DNA of 53,084 nucleotides, filler included, from Stramenopiles sp. TOSAG23-3 (Eukaryota): NCBI GenBank assembly GCA_900128585.1. It is 4 parts of 4 records of this genome, joined end to end, with 100 filler letters (N's around TTAATTAATTAA, not from the genome) between each part and the next. Parts side by side here need not be neighbours in the genome. Positions count along the whole stretch, not along the records: positions 1 to 24,397 come from LT642304.1; 3 more parts are not named here. One strand, 5' to 3'. Shown piece by piece: positions 1 to 10,700 of this stretch (position 1 is its first letter; each line of letters starts with the position of its first letter). The notes under the pieces were generated by a model. It saw only the letters and a program-made list of their open reading frames with translations, ran no database searches and was not told where the DNA came from. The position numbers and the translations under genes were made by a program.

Positions 1-174
1 ATACATGTTATACATAGAGGAAGAAAAAATTTGATTACTTCATCGTTGGTTGTCAGCCATTATTATTTGTTTTAAAAATATAGTCGTCAAAATATTTTAG
101 AAGAAGTTCGTACGAAGTACAACAAAATTTAAATTCTAAAAGTTAGTACCCGTCTCTCACGCTCAGAATTTTAC

Positions 175-2490
175 TCAATAAGGTGTGAGAGGTTTGCCCA
201 AGTGCCCTTTTTTGTGTTTTGGCAAAGCTGCAGCGTCCCTGTGATCCTCGTGTGACACAACTTTCGATGACGGGCAACATAGGATGTGTAGAGCCCCTTC
301 GCATTTTCCAGCCACTGTATCAACGGTGCAAGTACTTTCATATGTGTCAATACAAACTCCACTGCCAGATTTACAGCGAGTTCCCTGGGCATTCTTAACT
401 TTTTCGGCGACGACTTTACCCAACGCTTTAACAGCATTCAAATTGGTGTGAATCATGGCACCTTTCCAATGCCCAAAACTTTTCCCATCCCCTAACATAG
501 TAGCTATTTTCTTTACATTGTCTTTTACCCCCGGGATATCCCACGGTTTCTCAATAAATATCTGCTTCCCAGACCCGGTGTACTTACTGCCTTGGGGGGC
601 GACGTATCCTTCGTAAAGCTTCGTTCCTGCGGGGATTTCGACTTGGTAAACGGAATCGATACTACTCCATTCCGATTTCACAGCAGCGTTTCGCCGCACT
701 TCAAAACGGGTTTTTGGTGGAGTTCTAGTCCAATACTGACCGAGGGCTCTATCTTTTGGCCCAGCTCGATAAAGCGTGATAGGTTCTTTCAATTCAACTA
801 CATTATATTGCCCATCTTTAAACGAATTGGCGTTATTACGGGCAGACTGGATTTCTTTTTGGTACTCTGCGTCGGGAATCTTCCCTTTTTTTGCCTTAGC
901 ATTGTCTAAAATCGGGTTTCGTCCAAGTTTCCCGCTTTCCGCGGCATCGCACGCAAAGATCCCCTTGTTTAACATTTTCTCCGCTTCTACTTTATCTGTT
1001 ATGACTGGCGTTTTGTGCTTACCTACTTTACAACTTTTACACCACTTGCGCATAACCCTCGGTTTAATTCTCGGTTTCCATGGAGTCAACAAGTTTTTCG
1101 GAGGCTTTTTTAGGACTAGCTTTTTTACCATGTTACCTATTTGCTTACGAACTTTAGCGTTTTTTGCCACCTTGACCGCTTGTTTCACCACAGTAATATC
1201 ATGAACCATATTCGTATTGAATTCTATAGCGCCTCTCTTGCCCTTCATAAATTGAAACGTATCCGCAACGGCCCCCAAGATAAGGATTTCCCCGATGCAA
1301 CCAACAATAGAAAATGAATGGAAAGCGACTTGATTTTCGCACTTGGTTTTGCACTTGTCTTGCTTTTTCAACTCAAGATTCATTTGGAGCTTTGAGTACG
1401 CGCGATGCAAGTAGTTCATAGAAAAGTACAACCCAACAATAGCTCCCACCCATTTGATAATCAAAGGCACTATGACCCAGCCAGCTGTTATCATTAACAT
1501 ATTGAGTTTCAATGCTGTCAAAATTACGCCGAGCGTAATAGCGATCTGTTGTGCTGCTGGGCACTTGACCAGGCCAACAATCATGTTCCGAAAGAAATTA
1601 AACAGTGCTTGCAGTGAACTTCTGATATGGGCTAAAACTTCATTTCTTGCGGCTTTAGAGAACAACAGAATTTTCGCATTGCTTTTAATGGCGTGAAGTA
1701 ATTCTTTAAAGGAATGGATTACATCTTTAATCCCATCACGAAAATCACTTTTGAACGCCAAGCAGTGTTTGTTATTTTTCCAAGGGGTCCTGATATCAGT
1801 AAACATCCCGCCTAGGAATCCATCCACGAACCCCAAAAGGGCCTCCAAGGGGGACGATTTAGAGGCTTTGAAAATGCTGACAATGCTGGCCTCATTGTCC
1901 AGAGCTCCAGCAAGCGGGTTATCGAAGGTGATGTTTACGACGCACTCGCAATTATTAATTCTGTCGGTATTGCACTGACACAGGCCTTTGCACGGGTTCG
2001 TCTTCGAGCTATTACACTCGTTGTTAGTATCGCATGTGTCTAACAAGGAGACGGTCTTTTCACACTCCCCCGACGCAAGATTTTTTCCTTTGGTTTCAGA
2101 TGTCAGAATGCCACCGACCCCATGCATTTCCAGCAAACCGATAACGTTTTGCAACGGTTGTACCGACTTGTGGAGAATATTTGATATTTCCCTTTTATAT
2201 TTCGTCATCTCCTTTGGGGATGCGTCCTGGTTGACTGGGGACAACTCCTTTAGTTCCATAAGAACTGGGCTATTTTTGGAGCTTAGGCTTTCCTTCAAAC
2301 TATTGTGTATCTCGATGATTTGCTCTGGGGTTAAATTGTCCATTCCACCTCCAAACGCATGGGATTCTAAGTACCGTGGAGTATTGACCGCTTCATCTAC
2401 TTTTCTCTTCAGGGCGATGGCCTCGCTGGATACAATCAAGTAAAGGAAAAAAATACCCAAATGGTAGGAACGGAACTTAGGCGTTACCAT
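175..2490 (-). CDS. Secreted multidomain protein with a C-terminal bacterial polymorphic-toxin-like domain (TNT/Tne2-like NADase/ART-fold candidate) and a 6-Cys defensin-like tail
   Basis: First ATG at 2490. Signal-peptide-like N-terminus (HLGIFFLYLIVSSEAIA); Cys-rich patch ~1938-2066; hydrophobic helices ~1260-1560; Lys-rich linker; toxin-like segment ~520-835 (SFKDGQY...LYRAG...LGQYWT...IPAGTKLYEGYVAPQ...GSGKQIFIEKPW); Cys cluster ~270-378 ending in CC. Confidence 0.7.
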   Translation of the reverse strand: MVTPKFRSYHLGIFFLYLIVSSEAIALKRKVDEAVNTPRYLESHAFGGGMDNLTPEQIIEIHNSLKESLSSKNSPVLMELKELSPVNQDASPKEMTKYKREISNILHKSVQPLQNVIGLLEMHGVGGILTSETKGKNLASGECEKTVSLLDTCDTNNECNSSKTNPCKGLCQCNTDRINNCECVVNITFDNPLAGALDNEASIVSIFKASKSSPLEALLGFVDGFLGGMFTDIRTPWKNNKHCLAFKSDFRDGIKDVIHSFKELLHAIKSNAKILLFSKAARNEVLAHIRSSLQALFNFFRNMIVGLVKCPAAQQIAITLGVILTALKLNMLMITAGWVIVPLIIKWVGAIVGLYFSMNYLHRAYSKLQMNLELKKQDKCKTKCENQVAFHSFSIVGCIGEILILGAVADTFQFMKGKRGAIEFNTNMVHDITVVKQAVKVAKNAKVRKQIGNMVKKLVLKKPPKNLLTPWKPRIKPRVMRKWCKSCKVGKHKTPVITDKVEAEKMLNKGIFACDAAESGKLGRNPILDNAKAKKGKIPDAEYQKEIQSARNNANSFKDGQYNVVELKEPITLYRAGPKDRALGQYWTRTPPKTRFEVRRNAAVKSEWSSIDSVYQVEIPAGTKLYEGYVAPQGSKYTGSGKQIFIEKPWDIPGVKDNVKKIATMLGDGKSFGHWKGAMIHTNLNAVKALGKVVAEKVKNAQGTRCKSGSGVCIDTYESTCTVDTVAGKCEGALHILCCPSSKVVSHEDHRDAAALPKHKKGHLGKPLTPY

Positions 2491-3478
2491 GACAGCAATT
2501 TTCTGTGAACAAATGAACAAATGAACAAAGTGTGCTTACAGCGCTCCAACCTAGACAATTTGATGTGTATGTATTTCCATTTCGATTTGCTATATAGAGC
2601 AATCCCCATGCAAGTTGACGATCATTCAACAGATTGGATGATGAAACAGTACAAGAGTATTAATTAAAATAACTGGGTTTTGACTGATGCTATCTCAATA
2701 TTATTTTATATTAATTAATCTTTCATCAGATTGTACTACTTCTAGTCTATTTATAATTGTATTATAGTCCTCATACTGGTACTACAGGGACTGCTCAGCA
2801 GCAGCAATTTTTAATAAAATAATCCCCCCCCCCCCTCCACACGCACACAGGTAAGCATTTTAAACCTTCCTTCCGCACAGCCTTCATCTTTCTTTCGTAA
2901 AAAACATTGCAAGTACAATAATATTGTATTGTTACCATTTTATATAGGTATCAAAGCCTCGGTATAATTTTAGATACGAATTGTTTTTTGAGAGAGTCTT
3001 ATTCCTCAATTTTATTTTTTAATATAAAATTCCTCGTAATTATTTTTGTAAGGCTTTACATGGAAATAGTATTAGTTTCAACTATGACCTTCTGTGAAAT
3101 TTCTTTCATTACCCAAGGAGAAATTATCAACAGAAACAAAACTACACACTATAGGAAACAAGAACAGGGTGATGATGAAAAAGAACGATATGCTGTGTCT
3201 ATGTTGCGTTCAGCATTTTGTTTTTTGCTTCTCCCTCTTCGTTCTTTTTTTCTTCTTCTTCATCACTTCTTCTCACCACTTTCTTCAACACCACAACATC
3301 TCCTACGCAGTGGTGGTGGTATTCGTTCGTGGTGTTCCTTTATGAACGAATGATGTGGATTTCACAATTAAAATGCTAGAAAAGTGAAGAATATGGAACA
3401 ATGTAGCATAAAACATCAAGTATAAAAAAAACTCGCTCTACATTCAGTCACACCAAACATAAGCCTTCAATTCATAAT

Positions 3479-4585
3479 ATGTCGCAGCTGCTATCGGAGA
3501 CAGGATCGGTCGACGCATGCGAACAGGAACACCGTTTACAAACGTGTGCAATATGCCTTGAGCCTCAAGACAATCTTGTATCACTTTGTAAATCGGCGTG
3601 TTCTTCAGCTTGTCAAAATTGTTTACAGCAGTATTTGAAACAAGCATTAGAAGATACTTACTATGTACAATCATTAAAATGCTTTGGCTGCAACGAGAAA
3701 GTTTCATTTAGTGGTTGGAAAGAGCACTGCGGGCACAGAAATTATTGCACCTATGTAAAAAAAATGAGGAACTTTTTGTCTTTACGATGCACGAGTTGTC
3801 ACACCGAACACTCTCTCTTCTGCACGGATCCTATGAAAGAACATTTAAAACGAGAAGAAGGAAAACAATCAGAATCCCCGACACAAGTTGAACGTTCCGA
3901 TTCCCTGATACAATTTGAAAATGGAGAGATGGACGCAAAAACATTCGTTTCGAAAACGTTTGGTCCGATCGAGTCTAAAAAAGTATCTTTTGAGTCGAAA
4001 GCTTGCATAAAAGCTCGGTGTGATTCTATGGTGAAAATTGCCCACGCTATCCAAGATCTTGAAAAAAGCTTTCAATTCCAATTCGCATTTTACATGATGT
4101 ATCGTTCATGTATTATGCCTTGTACTTGCCAAAAACGAATGTGTTTTTATTGTAAATCCGCCCATCACCCCGCTTTCAATTGTCAAGAAAACATTGAAAA
4201 ACTACACAAATTTTCAACCTATGTAAATTATTGCCGGCGATGCGGAATTCCTCTAATGAAACACGACGGGTGCGATTCTGTTCGTTGCATTTGTGGCTTC
4301 AAGTTTCAGTGGAGGCAAAACGACGAACTTAACTTGCGAAGGCCAGCACCTGCTGAAATTGGTAAGATTTCTAATGGCTATATTAGAGTAGCAAATGGCT
4401 GGCAAAGGTGGATTCCACCCCCGCCATCTCGCTCTGCTACACGCCAGCGCCTGGAACAGGAGGACTCTATGCCGTTGGAACGATTTAATGAGATTCGTAA
4501 TGTTTTGGAGAGCCGATTAGTTTTCTGGAGTAGTTCTGGAATAGTTCTTCCTAACAACAGAGTGAGAAGGCCAAGCATTGGTTGA
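3479..4585 (+). CDS. RBR (RING1-IBR-Rcat) type E3 ubiquitin ligase-like protein
   Basis: RING1 CAIC...CQNC...KCFGC; IBR-like CTSC...CTCQKRMCFYCKSAHH...C; Rcat-like CRRCGIPLMKHDGCDSVRCICG, with the catalytic-position Cys in DGCD. Confidence 0.8.
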   Translation: MSQLLSETGSVDACEQEHRLQTCAICLEPQDNLVSLCKSACSSACQNCLQQYLKQALEDTYYVQSLKCFGCNEKVSFSGWKEHCGHRNYCTYVKKMRNFLSLRCTSCHTEHSLFCTDPMKEHLKREEGKQSESPTQVERSDSLIQFENGEMDAKTFVSKTFGPIESKKVSFESKACIKARCDSMVKIAHAIQDLEKSFQFQFAFYMMYRSCIMPCTCQKRMCFYCKSAHHPAFNCQENIEKLHKFSTYVNYCRRCGIPLMKHDGCDSVRCICGFKFQWRQNDELNLRRPAPAEIGKISNGYIRVANGWQRWIPPPPSRSATRQRLEQEDSMPLERFNEIRNVLESRLVFWSSSGIVLPNNRVRRPSIG

Positions 4586-4787
4586 AAATGACAATTTAGG
4601 AAACACAAAAATGCAAATATTACATACTATATTTAAAACATACTATATATTTTGGTTTTTTTACATTACTATATTTTAATTTGTTTTTTTATAAACTCGT
4701 AATAAAAGAGAACTCATCTTTTTATTTAAAATTTTTAAAATTTAATTGAATTATTAGTTAAATTATCATAAGAACCTAATAATTTTT

Positions 4788-7700
4788 TCACTTATTCATC
4801 ATAGCACCTAAGCCGTATTCTATCGCGGTAACAATTTTAGTGCGCATGACTGAGTCACTACTATAACTTGGCAATTCAACCTGAAAAAAACATGTATGAA
4901 CTATCGGCAGACTGGAAGTTTTCGCGTTGGTAGTGGTCAATTTAAATTCCCATTTTTCTCTTGCGTTTCTAGAAGGCAAGCGAGAACGGCCCCACGAAAA
5001 CTTTATAAAGGCCACCCGCTGCTCATGTGACAACGTTCCCATAACTCGCCAAAATCTTTTGGCAAGCGCCGAATTTGCACTAAAACCTGGCCCCGTATAT
5101 CTTGTGTGTGCCTTCCAAAAATCGATGTCAATATCGGCATCCCCACATATAGCAATTTCCAATTCACTTGGAGTAAGGTACTGTAATGCTCGAAATGGGA
5201 CAATACAAGAAAGTCCTCGCCGAATAGCATCGACTTGCACGTCAAATTCGTGAACTCGTTCTTGTGTATACAGGTGATAATATTTGGAACGATTTTTCCA
5301 CGTAACCTTCTTTTTTTCACCACCCAAAAATAAAGGTACTTTTTTACCAGAGCAGTTCAGAAATTCAAAACAAAGCGTTGATGGCAGTGCCTCAAAACTG
5401 TCTTCTGTTGGACACCGTTTTATTTTGTCGACCATACTGAATTTATTTTCATTCGGGCGGCTTTCTTCTCTGTGATCTATTGAAGCAACATCACTCATAG
5501 AGATAGAGTCGGTGATTAGAAGTTTGTACACAAGTAGTGGAAATTTAAAAGGGAAAAAACCTTCTGTTCTTAACGAAATTCCCATAATTTTCCCTACTGT
5601 TTCAAACATTTTAATGCACTCACGCGTTGTGCACTGGGGATTTGGAAGGTAGTTGGTCTGGTTCAAACCATCGTGACTCTTGCCATTTGGGGTCAAAATA
5701 AAGAGGGAGAAGGTTTTTGAAAAAAGCTGATCAACTATTGTATTCATAGCATCTCGGTAGAGACCACCGTAATCCAAGCCTTCTCCCAGCACATATTGGA
5801 CTTCAAATAGTGCTTGGACCCCTCGCTCGTTCTTTGTCTTCAGCTTAGATCTTAATTTAAACACACTTACAGCATGTAGCTGTGAGTGCAATTGTATAAA
5901 CAAATTTTTACTTTTGTGTGGGTTCGACAGGCCCAATCGTTCAGATTTGTCAGAGTCCAATTGATCAAGGCATACTTTTAATCCACTTCCTTGTTCATGA
6001 CCCCACGTCATGTCCAGAGCAGATCGTAGAAACTTCTCTTTTACCACAAAGAATATCGTATGGCTCAACTTTTGCAGTTTTGCAGAAATTGACCACGGCT
6101 GGGCCGAGTTTTTGAAATCAATCCACGCCATTAAACCGTCAATGAAATAGTTCAACAATTTTAGCAAGGCAAAACGCTGTCGAATGTTCAAATCATTCAA
6201 TGCTTGCAACTTTGTATAATTGCGCAATTCAGCACTGGAGATTTGCAACTCGCTGGGCTGACATTTCAAAGGGTTCATTCCTTTTCTCTTCATTTTGTTA
6301 TTTAGTAAATGGACCAATTGCGCGTCCATTTCTGGTGTCCATGTAGATAGTGATCGGACCATTCGCTCAACACGGGTGCGATGTGTATTGGTATTATATC
6401 TGTTGCCCCTTGAATGAAGAAATACACATAAAGCTAGGTGGTCTGGAAGTCGTGCATTCATGCTCATGCACGATACCAGATTAATTAAATCTGCGAATAT
6501 AACCTCCCGCGATGGCTTTGTGTCTCTATCCAACATTGATAAATACTCCATACACCTGTGCTCCTCTAGTTCCAAAGGAGGATCTAGTGGAATGCCTTGA
6601 TCTATCTTTGGATTCATTGGTTCTCTCTTATAGTTGCTGTTTGTGGCAAAAGATAGTTTTGTCATATTGATAGTCATGCACAACTCGACCAAAGAAGGCA
6701 AAGAGTGGGGTAAGAACAAATGGGTAGCGTGCTCTCTTTCGGCTCTGGCCATAACCGCTTCGGACACACCGTCAAAAATTTCAAGATTTGGGCGCTCATC
6801 AAAAAGCCATGGGCATTGACACAATTGTGTAAGCAGCACTACAATGCGATCCTTATATGGTGCACTAGGTGTTTTCAAGTACTCTGTCAAATTTCCCACT
6901 AATTCCCCTTCGTGAATTTTTGCAGAAATAGCGTCGTCAAGGCCCATTAAAAATGCCATTAACCAGAGTGCCCAATTTAGACTAGGGATATTGGTCACTT
7001 GATCTTCATTTATCCACATTCCCCACCCTCGGACAGCGGATGCTTCAAACTTAAACCCTTTGTATCGGAAAGAATCATTTCGTGATATTGCTTTTTCATC
7101 CATGTAAAAAGAAGAAAATTTGTAGAAAACCCTTTTGGATTCGATAATGAACGATCTTGGCGCGTTCCTAATATTGAACTTTTTGATAGGCACCCGGCAA
7201 CTTTTTTCAGTAAAAAAAGTGAGTTCGACTTGCGGATGCTGCCAAATCTCATCAGTGTACTCTTTATCGAATTCAATTCTAATGGCAGCAGCTCCATCAA
7301 TACTTACTTCCCCCGTATACGTGCATCTTGGCCAACATGGGTGCAATGACTCCCGGACAACCACATTCTCTTCGTCTGAATTTGAACTTAATGGTGAAGT
7401 ACATTCCCTTATGTTCCAGATGCATTCAGACACCAGACAGTCGTCCAGTGTTTGCGTCGATGAGAGCGTATCATCTAGGGCCTGTGCCGACAAAATGTCT
7501 ATGAATCGTTGTCTTAGCTTGTTTAGCGTCGATTTATTATTCATTTTTTTAGTTTTCCCCAGGCTCTCTTCCATAAATGAATCATCAGTTGCAGCAACAT
7601 ACTTCATTAAACTGACCAAATTCTTCGGACCTCCCAAATCGTCCACGGAGAAAGCTTGGTCTAGATCTAATACTGTCGACAGGATAACTTTACGAGCAAA

Positions 7701-10700
7701 CAAACTGCTTAGCGAGTCAGCAGTACTTTGTAACAGGTTCAGCACTGTAAATTTTCCAAGCATTGCCCCACCAAAGAGCTGGACAGGCCTTTTTAATCTG
7801 TCAACGGGGTATACACGTGTGGTTTTTACACCAGTAAACTGGTCAAGCATTTCCAACTTAACAGACTCCAACTCTTTGTATCCTCCTCGCAACTTATTTT
7901 TCTTGGTAACTACATCAACCACGACCCCTAGTCGTCCCGATACAAGCTTTTCATGACCAATGCTGTCGCTCACAATTAACATCATCCCCTTCCAAACAGG
8001 AGTGCATATGTGCTCCAGTTTAACTTGATCAGACGTCGTCGAATTATCATCAATCGAACTTTCATTTGTTGACAACGATTCCATCACTTTAGTAGCAATG
8101 CTCTTTGAACCTTTCGCCCAGTTCTCTTCACTTGACTCCAAAACTAAGGGCTCCGCTTCATCATTAATGGACGACAGCACTACTGCGTCTCCTTCGGGAA
8201 TTGCCGTATTCTCCGATGGCAACGAAGTGTAGTTCGATCCCAAGTAATACCCAAGCCCCTCATTCCCAGTCTTAAATTCGTAACCGGGCCACGCGCCCTC
8301 AAACCTATTTTTTTTTACGAACGGTGGTTTGGCAGAGGGAGATTTTTGTACCTTCTCTTCCTTCCTTGGCGTTGTACACAAGAGGCATTCTTTTGCTTCC
8401 AAATCTTCATTCAAAAAAGTGCACTTGTGACAAGCCCAAGATTTAGGATTATCATTGTCTTCGGGCTTATTTTCAACGCTAGCGTTGTAATAATCTAGCT
8501 TTGAGTAACGAGGCATCCCATTCATCAGTAACCAGTCGCCTGCTTTCACGGGATCGTCGCCAAAGAGTTCAAGAGCGTGATAGCACAGCTTCACTGAGGC
8601 CCCTACTTGCGAAAGCTCCGACGCACGCTCCCAGCGATTCGATATTTCATAGGACGTTTCGGTTTGCTCCAAACTTAGAGTCAACTTGACTTTTGCAGCT
8701 TCCTCCGTTTTTAGCCACTCAGAAGCCCGGTGAGAATCGTACTCGCCGTTCCTTTCCGTGAGTTTTACTGCTTTGATACAAAGTCTTAACGAGTAAACGG
8801 TTTCATTCATAGACCATACATCCACTGCCGTATCCATTACCTTACGATTCTTCGCTACGTTTTGAGAGACATTCCGGGTTGACGGCACAGCGTTATCTAT
8901 GTCTGTCCTCAGCGATAAATGTTCAACACTCTGTCGAGGCATCACGTCGCGCTGAACGTTTTCGCGGACCGGCGAAGGGTGATCCTTTGCTTCCCTCGGA
9001 TTACCAAGGGAAACTTTAGATTCTCCTTTCAGTAACATCGAGCTTCCCTCTTTAGACATTACTTCATAACCCCATTCTTGTAACAATCTGAACCTTTGCG
9101 ATAGCCGTTCGGGAGTAACAAAAGTAGATAAATCCAATGGTTGTAGAGCAACTGCAAACATCTCACTCAAAATTTTCGTGTCTCGAGCAACAATAGCAGA
9201 TGGGCCGTGCCCCAAAAGAAAGGATAGAGCATTTATTGCGCACGATCGTAAATACAGCAAATGGCACTGGTTATTGATATTCTTGTTTGAAATTAAACCA
9301 TCCATTAGGGATAACCGTCGTATTTTTTTGTTTTTTATGGCTAGGTCACCCCCATCTTTTAGCTCGAAGACGCCTTCTTTTGGCAGCACGTCGAAAGTCG
9401 GTATTAGAGAATCGGCAGGTACAAGCTGGGGCGGTGCCGAGACAGACTCTTTTAAAACAATTAATGCATTTGCCATTCCTCTTGTGTACAAAATAGTACG
9501 GGCTTCGGTGTTTTCATGCCCGTTCACAATGACTTTGCCTCCAATTCTTAGCATATCACTGATTCCACCCATAACACCGAGTGCAACAGCTGCGTAGCCG
9601 GCCAATGTCGATTTTTCAACATCTTCATAGGTAGAGCCAACAGAAAGCACACCGTCAGCTGAAAACCTGCTCAAAATATGATATACAAAATCACGAACAG
9701 TGTCAGTCCATTTTCCCCAATTTGTCATCTCTTTAAGTAACGACAGACATTCACACGATAGCCGGGCTAATACGTACCCGCTTCCAGCTCCAGTTGACCA
9801 GGCTTCTCTGATTCCTTTAAAAATGGAGTCAAAAATACTGTGAGTACAGGTCAGACCACTCCCGTGACTAATTATTGAGGCTGAACGCCATACCAAAAAT
9901 GACACAAAGGAGTTTCCATCGAATTTGTCAGTGGGCATGCCCATCTCCATAGCACCAGGCTGTAGTCTATTTCCAGCTTGTCCGAACGCTTTGTTCATAT
10001 CAAGGGGATCAATGCAATGTAAAATATTTTTTAAAATTCCAAGCGTAAGACCAATTATTCGAGGAGACCCAGCAAACAGTAACTGGCACATTGCAGTTAA
10101 AACCTCCATTTTTGAAAGGTATATTTTAATATGTTTCGCTCGAACAACTGACGTATAAAATAGAAGATGAGAGTAAACATACGATTCTGCTTCCATGGCT
10201 TCAACAAATTCGCACTCTTTGCAATCTTTACGAGTGAAAATGTCCACTGAGATCAAGAACTCACTTTCCAGAATATCAAAAATTTCTTTCTGCAAATCAA
10301 TAGAATCGTTGATAGCCGACAGAGAAAATATCTTAGAAGACATTCTACGCGATTTGCTGACAATGATTTCATCTGAGGGTGCTTCGGTGTTTGAGAACTG
10401 ATCCATGTTACTATCTATTTGGGAATGCTCGGAGTCTCTGACTCCACCAACTAAAAGAGTGGCTAAAAACCGAAAGAAAGCCCAGGCTCCTCGACGCAGT
10501 TGTCTCATTTCATGACCGGTGCCTTGCAGAACGTAATCAGAAAAGCCTGTCCGAAGAGATGCGTTTATTTCACCTTGTTTCATCATTTCAACGCGTCGAG
10601 TTGCTTGCCTTCTTCTGTACATAGACTGGACCATAATGGCAGCCTTTGTTGCTTCCGTTTTTTTTAATCGCAAGTGATCTTCCCATATCGATTCCATAGC

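Noticed and set aside
2988..3353. Small hydrophobic ORFs (2988-3353, 3094-3345) as an immunity partner for the toxin candidate
   Set aside because: AT-rich low-complexity intergenic sequence with non-ATG starts and Phe-rich translation from T tracts; no coding signal. Any downstream partner would lie outside the window.
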